From assembly GCA_963719325.1 (NCBI GenBank), contig CAVRBW010000024.1:16968-80967 (forward strand): DNA of 64,000 nt, written 5' to 3'. The translations under genes and the position numbers were made by a program. The DNA is from an uncultured Actinomycetes bacterium (GTDB lineage: Bacteria; Actinomycetota; Thermoleophilia; Gaiellales; Gaiellaceae). Below the pieces are notes generated by a model. It made no database searches and had not been told where the DNA came from. It was given only the letters and a program-made list of their open reading frames with translations. Below are positions 8,894 through 16,858 of the stretch, piece after piece. Position 1 is the first letter of the stretch. Each line of letters begins with the position of its first letter.

Positions 8894-9619
8894 GTGCCGC
8901 GAGCCTGCGTCTGCCTCCCGACCTACAACGAGCGCGAAAACCTCGAGCCGATGGCCAATGCGCTACTCGAGCGTCTCGGCTCAGACGATCGCATCCTCGT
9001 GATCGACGACTCGTCGCCCGACGGAACCGGCGAGCTCGCCGACCGGCTGGCCGCCCGAGAACCCCGCATCGAGGTCCTCCACCGCCCGCAGAAGGAGGGT
9101 CTGGGCCCCGCCTATCTCGCAGGCTTCCGCCACGCGCTCGCCGAGGGCGCCGAGCTCGTGCTGGAGATGGACTGCGACTTCTCCCACAACCCCGACGACG
9201 TGCCCCGCCTGATTGCGGCGGCGGCGGCGGACGCGGACGTCGTGCTCGGCTCCCGCTACGTTCCCGAGGGCGGCGTGAGGAACTGGAGCCTCGTCCGGCG
9301 GATCGTCTCGCGGTGCGGTTGCCTGTACGCGCAGGCGGTGCTCTCGACGCGCGTCCGCGACCTGACCGGCGGCTTCAAGTGCTACCGCCGGGACGTGCTG
9401 GAGGCGATCGATCTCGAAGCTGTTTCCTCGCGCGGGTACGCGTTCCAGATCGAGACCACCTACCGCGCGCTCCGCAAGGGGTTTCGCGTCGTCGAGCTGC
9501 CGATCACGTTCACCGATCGAGAGGTCGGCAGCTCGAAGATGGGCCGGGCGATCGTGCTCGAGGCGATCTGGCGGGTTCCGCTCCTACGCGGGCAGGCAAT
9601 GCTCGGACGTCTAGGCTGA
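8894..9619 (+). CDS. polyprenol/dolichol-phosphate mannosyltransferase (GT2)
   Basis: PTYNERENL, VIDDSSPDGTGELA, EMDCDFSHNPDD. Typical Ppm1/DPM1-type GT2. Confidence 0.75.
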   Translation: MPRACVCLPTYNERENLEPMANALLERLGSDDRILVIDDSSPDGTGELADRLAAREPRIEVLHRPQKEGLGPAYLAGFRHALAEGAELVLEMDCDFSHNPDDVPRLIAAAAADADVVLGSRYVPEGGVRNWSLVRRIVSRCGCLYAQAVLSTRVRDLTGGFKCYRRDVLEAIDLEAVSSRGYAFQIETTYRALRKGFRVVELPITFTDREVGSSKMGRAIVLEAIWRVPLLRGQAMLGRLG

Positions 9620-9623
9620 CAGC

Positions 9624-9938
9624 GTGGTCGAGGTGACCGATGCCGGCTTCGCCGCGGAGGTGCTGGAGTCCGAGCGGCCGGTGGTCGTGGACTTCTGGGC
9701 TCCGTGGTGCGGCCCCTGCAAGGCAGTCGATCGTGTGCTCGGCGAGCTCGAGTCGGAGCACGCCGGCCGGATCTCGTTCGCGAAGGTGAACATCGACGAC
9801 CACCCGCAGCGGGCAGCCGGCCTCGGTGTGCTCTCCATCCCGACGGTGATGCTGTTCGACGGTGGCGAGTGCCGGGCGACGGTGGTCGGCGCGCGCCCGC
9901 GCGCCCATTTCGAGCAGGCCTTCGCCGCCTGGCTCTGA
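9624..9938 (+). CDS. trxA: thioredoxin
   Basis: 104 aa with active site WAPWCGPCK. Confidence 0.9.
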   Translation: MVEVTDAGFAAEVLESERPVVVDFWAPWCGPCKAVDRVLGELESEHAGRISFAKVNIDDHPQRAAGLGVLSIPTVMLFDGGECRATVVGARPRAHFEQAFAAWL

Positions 9939-9941
9939 GAA

Positions 9942-10769
9942 CTAGATGCGGGCAGAGCCGAAATGCTCGAAGCCGCCGAGCTGGACCTCTTCGCCGGCGA
10001 CGCGGAGCTCGACACCCTCGCCTTCGTCGCAGCGACCGATCTCACGGAACGAGCCTGGTTCGGCAACGGCGGCCAGCAGCTCGTAGTCCTCTCCGAACCC
10101 GAGATCGTCGACGGTCGCCCCCTCTGCAAGCTGGACGCGCTCCAGATCGATCACCAGCCGGCACCCAGAGCGCGCCGCGATGTGGCCGGCATCGTGTTGC
10201 AGGCCATCCGAGATGTCGGTCAGGGCGTGTGCGGTTGCCGCCAGCAGCCGGCCTTCGGCAATTCTGAGCGGCGGCCGGACGTACCGCTGCTCGCGAAACG
10301 CGGCGCCGGCAGCGCCGAGCGGGCCCGTCACGATCAGAACGTCGCCCGCGCATGCGCCTCCTCGTCCTGGAACGCGTTCGGAGCGGCCGAGCGCGGTGAC
10401 GCTCAACAGCAGCCGGTCGGAGGCAGAGGTATCGCCCCCGATCACGGGCACGCCCGCCTCGCCGAGACCTTCGTACAGCTCGACGACGTCTGCAACCGCC
10501 GTGTCCGGCCGCACCGCGAGGCTGACGACGAGACCCTCGGGCTCGGCGCCGGACGCTGCGAGGTCGCTGATGTTGACAGCGGCGGCCCGGAAGCCGAGGT
10601 CGCGCCACGAGATCCAGTCGAGCCGGAAGTGCACGCCCTCGACGAGAGCGTCCTGCGTGACGATCCGGCCGCCCGAAAGCTCGGCCGCGTCGTTCTCGAT
10701 CCGAACCGCGAGCCCGCGGCGCTCCAGCTCCGCCAGCAGCCCGAGCTCGCCGACGTCAGCGAGACGCAT
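9942..10769 (-). CDS. thiL: thiamine-monophosphate kinase
   Basis: [15 protein letters not shown]..., DALVEGVHFRLDW, and an AIR-synthase-like fold pattern. Start at the internal M. Overlaps the thiD end. Confidence 0.8.
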   Translation of the reverse strand: MRLADVGELGLLAELERRGLAVRIENDAAELSGGRIVTQDALVEGVHFRLDWISWRDLGFRAAAVNISDLAASGAEPEGLVVSLAVRPDTAVADVVELYEGLGEAGVPVIGGDTSASDRLLLSVTALGRSERVPGRGGACAGDVLIVTGPLGAAGAAFREQRYVRPPLRIAEGRLLAATAHALTDISDGLQHDAGHIAARSGCRLVIDLERVQLAEGATVDDLGFGEDYELLAAVAEPGSFREIGRCDEGEGVELRVAGEEVQLGGFEHFGSARI

Positions 10770-11535
10770 GGATTCCCAGGACGTCCACCGGCCCCTCGCC
10801 GGCGCCAATCTCCGTCAGGCCCTGCGCGACGGCGCGCCCGGCGGCCGCGGCTGCGCCGCGCGCTGCCTCCACGAGCGGCTCGCCCCGTGCGAGGAGCGCG
10901 GCCAGCGTCGCCGAGTGCGTACAGCCCGCTCCGTGAGTCGCGGCCACCTGATGACGCTCGATCGGAAGCTCGACATGGTCGCGGCCGTCGAACAGGTGGT
11001 CGACAGCCTCAGCCCCGTGACCCCCGGTGACGACGACGGCTCGGGCTCCGAGCTCGTGGATACGCTCGGCCAGCCCCCGGCGGCTACCCGTCATGCCGGC
11101 GAGCGCCTCCGCCTCGGGGACGTTCGGCGTAACGACGGCCGCGAGCGGGAAGAGCCGGCGAACGTACGCCTCGACCGCGTCCTCCTGGAGGAGGCGTGCT
11201 CCGGAGCTCGCGACCATGACGGGGTCGACGACGAGCGGCACGTCCCGGCCGTCGAGGAAGTCGGCGACGGTCTCGATCAGGAGCCGCGAGAAGAGCATGC
11301 CGGTCTTGGCGGCGTCGACGCCGATGTCGTCGAAGACGGCCTCGAGCTGCGCGCGTACGAACTCGGGCGGCAACTCGTGAATCGCGGTCACCGCACGGGT
11401 GTTCTGCGCGGTGAGGGCGACCAGGACACTCGAGCCGTGGCAGCCAGCCGCCGCGAACGCCTTCAGGTCGGCCTGGATGCCGGCGCCGCCGCCCGAGTCG
11501 GAGGTCGCGATCGTCAGGCACCGCGGAACAGCCAC
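10756..11535 (-). CDS. thiD: hydroxymethylpyrimidine/phosphomethylpyrimidine kinase
   Basis: [21 protein letters not shown] and C-terminal [17 protein letters not shown]. Typical ThiD. Confidence 0.85.
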   Translation of the reverse strand: MAVPRCLTIATSDSGGGAGIQADLKAFAAAGCHGSSVLVALTAQNTRAVTAIHELPPEFVRAQLEAVFDDIGVDAAKTGMLFSRLLIETVADFLDGRDVPLVVDPVMVASSGARLLQEDAVEAYVRRLFPLAAVVTPNVPEAEALAGMTGSRRGLAERIHELGARAVVVTGGHGAEAVDHLFDGRDHVELPIERHQVAATHGAGCTHSATLAALLARGEPLVEAARGAAAAAGRAVAQGLTEIGAGEGPVDVLGIHASR

Positions 11536-11636
11536 AACGAAACGGTACTCGGTTCGGTACCGGCCGCCCGCGCCCGGACAATCGACGCGGACGGGTTAGC
11601 ATCCTGAGACGGCAACGCCACTCCGCGGAGGTCCCG

Positions 11637-11933
11637 ATGGGAACCACGTTCACGCACACCACCTGGAAGGTGAAGCCCGGTCGCGAGGAGGAGTTCGTCG
11701 AGCGCTGGCTCGACTGGGTCGCGTGGAGCCACCGGCAGGGGCTGCGAGCCCACGCCCGCCTCCTCCGGGACATGGAGCATCCCGGGACGTTCGTGAGCTT
11801 CGGGCCGTGGGAGACGGTCGGCGCGGTGCGAAGCTGGCGCGCGGAGGAGGGATATCACGAGCGCGTCGCGCGACTGCAGGAGCTCGTCGAGCACTTCGAG
11901 CCGCGAACGCTCGAGCAGGTGGCGGAAAGCTAG
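11637..11933 (+). CDS. small ABM (antibiotic biosynthesis monooxygenase)-like protein
   Basis: 98 aa; W.VKPGREEEF...W and FVSFGPWETVGAVRSWR resemble the dimeric alpha/beta barrel ABM fold. Family assignment is tentative. Confidence 0.5.
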   Translation: MGTTFTHTTWKVKPGREEEFVERWLDWVAWSHRQGLRAHARLLRDMEHPGTFVSFGPWETVGAVRSWRAEEGYHERVARLQELVEHFEPRTLEQVAES

Positions 11934-11956
11934 GGCACGAGCGCTACGCTCGTCGC

Positions 11957-14194
11957 GTGGCAGTGGGCGCGGCGACGTGGGACGGCATTCTCGCCGGAGA
12001 GGAGCTCGCGTACCTGACCGACGAGGCGGCCCGTGAGGCCCGGACCGCTCCGTTCCCGGACGACGTGCACCCGAAGGTGCGTGCGGCGCTGGAGGCGCGC
12101 GGCGTCGATCGGCTCTACGAGCATCAGGCGGAGGCCTGGGACCTCGCGGCGCGCGGCAAGCACGTTGCCGTCGTCACCGGCACCGCGAGCGGCAAGTCGC
12201 TGGCGTTCAACCTCCCCGTCCTCGACGCCCTCGCCCGTGAGCCGAAGCGGCGTGCGATCTACCTCTATCCGACCAAGGCGCTCGCTCAGGATCAGCTGCG
12301 CTCGATCGCCGCGCTGCAGCCCCCCCGCGTCCGCGCCGCGATCTACGACGGCGACACGGAGGTCGAACGCCGCTGGCAGATCCGCAAGTGGTCGAACCTC
12401 ATCCTCTCGAACCCGGACATGCTCCACGTCGGCGTGCTGCCGCACCACGACCGCTGGGGCGACGTGCTCACCAACCTCGCCTACGTCGTCGTCGACGAGG
12501 CGCACGTCTACCGCGGCGTCTTCGGCTCGCACGTCGGAAACGTCCTGCGACGACTGCGCAGGGTCGCCCGGATCTACGGTGCCGACCCGCAGTTCCTCCT
12601 CGCCTCCGCCACGATCGCGAACCCCGGTGACCTCGCCCGATCGCTGCTCGGGCTCGACGTCACCGTGATCGGCGACGACGCGGCGCCACGCGCGGAGCGG
12701 ACGATCGCGCTCTGGAACCCGCCGCTGGTCGACGAAGAGCTCGGCCTGCGCGCGAGTGCCCTCGGCGAGGCGTCACGGCTGATGGCCGAGCTCGTCTCGC
12801 GCGGGCTGCGGACGCTGTGCTTCGCGAAGAGCCGGAAGTCGGCCGAGCTGATTCACCGCTTCACGGCCGACCGCCTCGGCCGTGAGTACCGCACCCGGCT
12901 CTCGCCGTACCGAGCCGGCTACACGCCCGCCCAGCGACGCGAGATCGAGCAGCGACTCGCCGCCGGGGAGCTCCTCGGCGTGGCCGCCACGGACGCGCTC
13001 GAGCTCGGCATCGACATCGGCCTGCTCGATTGCGTGATCTCGACCGGATTCCCGGGCACGATCGCGAGCCTCCGCCAGCAGTGGGGACGGGCCGGCCGCC
13101 GCGGCCACGGGCTCGCGGTGCTCGTCGCGAGCGAGGACGCGCTCGACCAGTACTTCATGCGCGAGCCGGAGACGCTGCTGGGTCGGCGAGTGGAGGCGGC
13201 GATTCTCGACCATACGAACCCGCGCGTCCTCGACGGGCACGTGCGAGCAGCCGCGTTCGAGGCGCCGCTCGACGACGCCGACCGTTCGGTGCTCGGCGAT
13301 TCGGCGCTCGAGCGGGCGGCGCTGCTCCCGGAGCTCCGGCAAACGCCGGCCGGCTTCGTCTGGGCGGGCCGCGACTACCCGGCCGCACGCGTCCCGCTGC
13401 GCTCGACCAGCCAGGATTCGTTCTCCGTGATCGACACCACGACGGGCTCGGTGCTCGGCCTCGTCGAACGGGAGCGGGCGTACTCGACGGTCCACGACGG
13501 CGCGGTGTACCTGCACCTCGGGGAGGCCTACCGGGTGACCGCGCTCGACCTGGACGCCCGCCAGGCCCTCGTTTCGCCCTTCGCCGGCGATCTCTACACG
13601 CAGGCCAAGAAGGACACGACCACGGCGATCGACCACGCCGAGCGCACGGAGAAGCGCCTGGGCCTCGAGCTCAACTGGGGTGCCGTGTTCGTCACCGAGC
13701 AGGTCGTCGCGTACCAGCTCAAGAAGGCCTCGACCCAGGAGACCCTCGATCTCGTCGGGCTCGACCTTCCGGAGACGACCTTCGATACCGAGGCGGTCTG
13801 GTTCTGTCCGGAGCCGTGGATGCTCGAGGGGCTCGAGCGCATGCCGAAGCTGCTCAGCAGCCTGCACGCGGCCGAGCACGCCCTGATCGCGCTGCTGCCG
13901 CTCTGGGCGATGTGCGACCGCTGGGACATCGGCGGCCTGTCGACGAACACCCACTTCCAGACGGGGCGCCCGACGATCTTCGTCTACGACGGCCACCCAG
14001 GCGGGGTCGGGATTACGGAACGCGGCTTCGAGGCCTTCGAGGGCTGGGTCGAAGACACGGCGAAGCTGATCGCCGGCTGCCCCTGCGAGAAGGGTTGCCC
14101 ATCGTGCGTTCAGTCCCCCAAGTGCGGCAACCTGAACGACATGCTCGACAAGGCCGGCGCGCTCGACCTGCTCCGACGATTGCTGTCGAGCTAG
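11957..14194 (+). CDS. DEAD/DEAH-box helicase with C-terminal DUF1998 zinc-ribbon (MrfA/YprA-like)
   Basis: Walker A TGTASGKS, DEAH-type VVDEAH, helicase C motifs, and a C-terminal four-Cys motif CPCEKGCPSCVQSPKCGN. GTG start chosen after the upstream stop; the longer 823-aa ORF overlaps the ABM gene. Confidence 0.8.
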   Translation: MAVGAATWDGILAGEELAYLTDEAAREARTAPFPDDVHPKVRAALEARGVDRLYEHQAEAWDLAARGKHVAVVTGTASGKSLAFNLPVLDALAREPKRRAIYLYPTKALAQDQLRSIAALQPPRVRAAIYDGDTEVERRWQIRKWSNLILSNPDMLHVGVLPHHDRWGDVLTNLAYVVVDEAHVYRGVFGSHVGNVLRRLRRVARIYGADPQFLLASATIANPGDLARSLLGLDVTVIGDDAAPRAERTIALWNPPLVDEELGLRASALGEASRLMAELVSRGLRTLCFAKSRKSAELIHRFTADRLGREYRTRLSPYRAGYTPAQRREIEQRLAAGELLGVAATDALELGIDIGLLDCVISTGFPGTIASLRQQWGRAGRRGHGLAVLVASEDALDQYFMREPETLLGRRVEAAILDHTNPRVLDGHVRAAAFEAPLDDADRSVLGDSALERAALLPELRQTPAGFVWAGRDYPAARVPLRSTSQDSFSVIDTTTGSVLGLVERERAYSTVHDGAVYLHLGEAYRVTALDLDARQALVSPFAGDLYTQAKKDTTTAIDHAERTEKRLGLELNWGAVFVTEQVVAYQLKKASTQETLDLVGLDLPETTFDTEAVWFCPEPWMLEGLERMPKLLSSLHAAEHALIALLPLWAMCDRWDIGGLSTNTHFQTGRPTIFVYDGHPGGVGITERGFEAFEGWVEDTAKLIAGCPCEKGCPSCVQSPKCGNLNDMLDKAGALDLLRRLLSS

Positions 14195-14664
14195 CCGAGA
14201 GGCGCAGCGACGACGAGCACGCGGCAGCTCGCCTTCCGCAGCACGTACTGGACCGTTCGCCCGAAGGCCGGCGCCTGCTTGCTCGACCGCCGGCGGCGCC
14301 GGGCACCGACCACGATCAGCTCGAACTCGTCCGCATCCAGTTGCTCGACGATCGCCACGGCGGCGTCACGCGCCCGCACGCTGTGCGCAACGACCGCCAC
14401 GCCGTACGCATCCGCGAGCGACTCCGCTCGCGCGAGCAGCCTGCGCGCGTCTTCCTCCTCGTCCTTCATGTGCGCGTCCAGGGGAAGCAGAGACGGAATC
14501 TCGATCACCGCCAGCGCGGTGATGGAGGCGTGGCGCTCGGCCGCCAGCTTGCAGGCAGCCCCCATCGCCCGCTCCGACTGGGGGTCGTCGACCATCGGCA
14601 CGAGCAGCTTGCGATAGCCCCGATCGACGTGCGCGACCCGGCGGGGAAGCGCGCGCGCGGCCAT
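14191..14664 (-). CDS. universal stress protein (UspA family)
   Basis: 157 aa; KLLVPMVDDPQSERAM ... ELIVVGARRR ... GRTVQYVLRKASCRVLVV. Typical Usp ATP-binding-type C-terminus. Confidence 0.75.
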   Translation of the reverse strand: MAARALPRRVAHVDRGYRKLLVPMVDDPQSERAMGAACKLAAERHASITALAVIEIPSLLPLDAHMKDEEEDARRLLARAESLADAYGVAVVAHSVRARDAAVAIVEQLDADEFELIVVGARRRRRSSKQAPAFGRTVQYVLRKASCRVLVVAAPLG

Positions 14665-14699
14665 GCCTCCACGCTAGAGCGCACCCCGCGAAGCGGCCC

Positions 14700-14737
14700 T
14701 TAAGGTACCGCGGTGACGTCTCAAGACGGTCTTAAGA
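14700..14737. promoter_or_regulatory. candidate OmpR/KdpE-type operator upstream of the usp gene
   Basis: TTAAGG (14700), TCAAGA (14721) and TTAAGA (14732). The last two hexamers are 11 bp apart (6-5-6 layout). Shares the 11-mer ACGTCTCAAGA with the site at 16794-16804. Lies 36-73 nt upstream of the usp start and overlaps the kdpE stop. Confidence 0.45.
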
Positions 14738-15421
14738 CGTCTGTGGATTGACGAGGCGGTACCCGACCCCGGGCTGGTTGAGGAGGTACCGCGGCCGGGC
14801 GGGGTCGGGCTCGATCTTCCGGCGGAGCTGGGAGACGTAGACGTGTAGGTAGTTGGACTCGCCGCCGTAGGCCGGACCCCAGATCTCTCGGAGAATCGCC
14901 GGGTGCGTGAGCAGCTTGCCCTCGTTGCGGGCCATCAGTCCGAGTAGCGCATATTCGATCGGGGTCAGCGAGATCGGATCGCCTGCCATCGTCACCGTCC
15001 GCTTCTCGAGGTCGATCTTCAGCTCCCCGATCTCGAGCACGGGACGGCCGGAAGGCACCGTCCGCCGGAGCACCGCCCGAAGGCGCGCGAGCAGCTCGTC
15101 GCCGCTGAAAGGCTTCGTGACGTAGTCGTCGGCGCCGGCGTCCAGCGCCGCGATCTTCTCCCGTTCGTCTCCGACGGCCGAGAGAACGACGATCGGAGCC
15201 GAGCTCCAGGTCCGGAGCTCGCGACAGACGTCGGTGCCGTCGCCGTCGGGAAGGACGAGATCGAGGATGACCGCCGCCGGCGGGCGCATCGCCGCTCTGG
15301 CCACGGCGTCCTGGGCGGTCGCAGCCGTCTCGACGGCGTAACCCGCTGTCCGCAGTTTCATCTGCACCGCCCGGAGGATCTGCGGCTCGTCGTCGACGAC
15401 GAGAATCCTCGCCCTGCTCAT
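14732..15421 (-). CDS. kdpE: OmpR-family response regulator, KdpE type
   Basis: Receiver domain ILVVDDEPQI...LDLVLPDGDG. The winged-helix region LLTHPAILREIWGPAYGGESNYLHVYVSQLRRKIEPDPARPRYLLNQPGVGYRL closely follows the KdpE pattern. Confidence 0.8.
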   Translation of the reverse strand: MSRARILVVDDEPQILRAVQMKLRTAGYAVETAATAQDAVARAAMRPPAAVILDLVLPDGDGTDVCRELRTWSSAPIVVLSAVGDEREKIAALDAGADDYVTKPFSGDELLARLRAVLRRTVPSGRPVLEIGELKIDLEKRTVTMAGDPISLTPIEYALLGLMARNEGKLLTHPAILREIWGPAYGGESNYLHVYVSQLRRKIEPDPARPRYLLNQPGVGYRLVNPQTS

Positions 15422-16755
15422 ACGCTCACCGGAATCGGGGCCGCGGGCAGCGCGAGCGCAAACACCGCGCCTCTCCCCGGCTCGGAATCGACCCACAGAC
15501 GGCCCGCATTCACCTGTGCGAATCCGCGCGCAATCGCCAGCCCGAGTCCAGAGCCGCGCTCGCCGCCGCCCGTGCCTTGCCGGAACGGCGCGAAGATCAT
15601 CTCCTGCTCGTCCCGGGCGATCCCCGGCCCGCGATCGACGACGCGTACGACGACGTCTCCGTTCGCCGGCTCGGCTCGAATCTCGACCGGGTCGGCCGGC
15701 GACGAGTGCTGAAGGGCGTTCTCCAGCAGGTTGACGAGGACCCGTTCGAGCTGCGCAGCGTCGACGCGGACTGTCAGAGGCTCCTCCGGCAGGACGACGA
15801 CCACTCGATTGCTGTCCGGGCCGATCGCCTCGAGCGCCTGAGCGACGAGCCCGTCGACGGCCCAGAGCTCGAAGACCGGAGCGGCGGCGTCGGCCTCGAG
15901 ACGCGACAGGTCGAGCAGGTTTCCGACCAACCGATCGAGCCGCCGCGTCTCCGCATGGATGGAGGCGAGCAGCTCCTCACGGTCGGCGACCGAGAGCGCT
16001 TCCTCCGGCACGGAGAGGAGCTCGCTCGCCGTGCTGATCGCCGTCAGCGGGGAGCGCAGGTCGTGACTGACCGACCGCAACACCGCAGTCTTCACGACGT
16101 CGCTGCGACTCAGCTCCTCTCGCTCGATCGCCGTCGCGAGCAAGAACGCGAGGCCCGCCACTACCCGACGCGTGACTGCAGGATCAGGGCGGCCGTCGAG
16201 AAAGAGCCGCCCGACGTATCGAGCCCCTGCGCGAAGATCGTGCGCCTGCTCGTCGGGATCCGGCTCACGAGCGTCCCCGAGCTCGACCCAGCAGTGAGAC
16301 ACACGGAGGAGGTCGGCCGCCCGGATCGCGATCTCGCCGAGCAGCGGCGCGACCTGGGGCCGCTCGAGCAGCATCGCGGACACCTCGGCGGCAAAGGCAG
16401 CCTCGCGGCGTTGCTGCTCCGCCTCGGCGGCCCGCCGGCGCGCCCGCGTCGCCAGGCCGCTCACGCTGACGGCACTGACGAGGTACACGGCCAAGGCAAC
16501 CCAGTTCTCGGACTCTGAAAGGTGGAACGTGTGCCGGGGGGGCAGGAAGAGCCAGTTGAACGCGAGCATGCTGACAACCGAGACGGCGGTGGCAAAGGGC
16601 AATCCCCACAGCGCCGCGACCGGTAGCACCGCGAACAGGTAGAGCACGCCGAGGCTGAGCACGGGAGCGACCGGCCGGAGCGCGTACACGGCACCCGAGA
16701 CGACCGCGACCGCGGCCAGGCTCGCCAGCGACGCGACCACGACTCGAGCGTTCAT
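15418..16755 (-). CDS. sensor histidine kinase, KdpD C-terminal type (membrane DUF4118 + GAF-like + HisKA + HATPase), lacking the N-terminal KdpD/Usp sensor module
   Basis: Begins directly with 4 TM helices. H-box VLRSVSHDLRSPLTAI; N, G1 and G2 boxes (LVNLLENALQHS, DRGPGI, GSGLGLAI). Overlaps the kdpE start. Confidence 0.8.
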   Translation of the reverse strand: MNARVVVASLASLAAVAVVSGAVYALRPVAPVLSLGVLYLFAVLPVAALWGLPFATAVSVVSMLAFNWLFLPPRHTFHLSESENWVALAVYLVSAVSVSGLATRARRRAAEAEQQRREAAFAAEVSAMLLERPQVAPLLGEIAIRAADLLRVSHCWVELGDAREPDPDEQAHDLRAGARYVGRLFLDGRPDPAVTRRVVAGLAFLLATAIEREELSRSDVVKTAVLRSVSHDLRSPLTAISTASELLSVPEEALSVADREELLASIHAETRRLDRLVGNLLDLSRLEADAAAPVFELWAVDGLVAQALEAIGPDSNRVVVVLPEEPLTVRVDAAQLERVLVNLLENALQHSSPADPVEIRAEPANGDVVVRVVDRGPGIARDEQEMIFAPFRQGTGGGERGSGLGLAIARGFAQVNAGRLWVDSEPGRGAVFALALPAAPIPVSV

Positions 16756-16787
16756 GGCCAGAGCATAGGCCTGCGGGCGAGCTCGGC

Positions 16788-16804
16788 TTAAGAACGTCTC
16801 AAGA
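16788..16804. promoter_or_regulatory. candidate OmpR/KdpE-type operator in the divergent kdpD-like / kimA-like intergenic region
   Basis: TTAAGA-ACGTC-TCAAGA: direct hexamer repeat with 11-bp spacing, AT-rich against a GC-rich background. Lies 33 nt from the kdpD-like ATG and 55 nt from the kimA-like GTG. Confidence 0.45.
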
Positions 16805-16858
16805 TCGCGGCGGGAGCTTCTGGCACCGAATCGGCGCCACTAGCGTGACGCCCGGGAG

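Noticed and set aside
5816-9002. Long antisense or off-frame ORFs, for example 5816-7186(+), 5970-7160(-) and 7134-9002(+). Elsewhere: 12773-13996(-), 13030-14703(+), 17294-18814(-), 19181-20590(+), 20994-23162(+), 35793-37325(+), 57042-58835(+), 61915-63726(-)
   Set aside because: Their translations are dominated by Arg, Pro, Gly, Ala and Asp runs with no recognisable motifs. Each overlaps a gene with clear family signatures on the other strand or frame. This is the typical behaviour of ~70% GC DNA.
11536-11636. Possible TPP riboswitch upstream of thiD-thiL (a CTGAGA hexamer is present)
   Set aside because: The CTGAGA is on the plus strand, whereas thiD is on the minus strand. Neither strand shows the other conserved THI-box elements (the ACCTGATCTGGATAATGCCAGCG-like segment). 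The spacer is only ~100 nt.
16756-16858. Possible c-di-AMP (ydaO/kimA-type) riboswitch in front of the KimA-like gene
   Set aside because: The spacer is ~100 nt and shared with a divergent promoter, which is too short for the pseudo-twofold ydaO fold. I saw no conserved ydaO-like sequence blocks. cmscan would be needed to exclude it formally.
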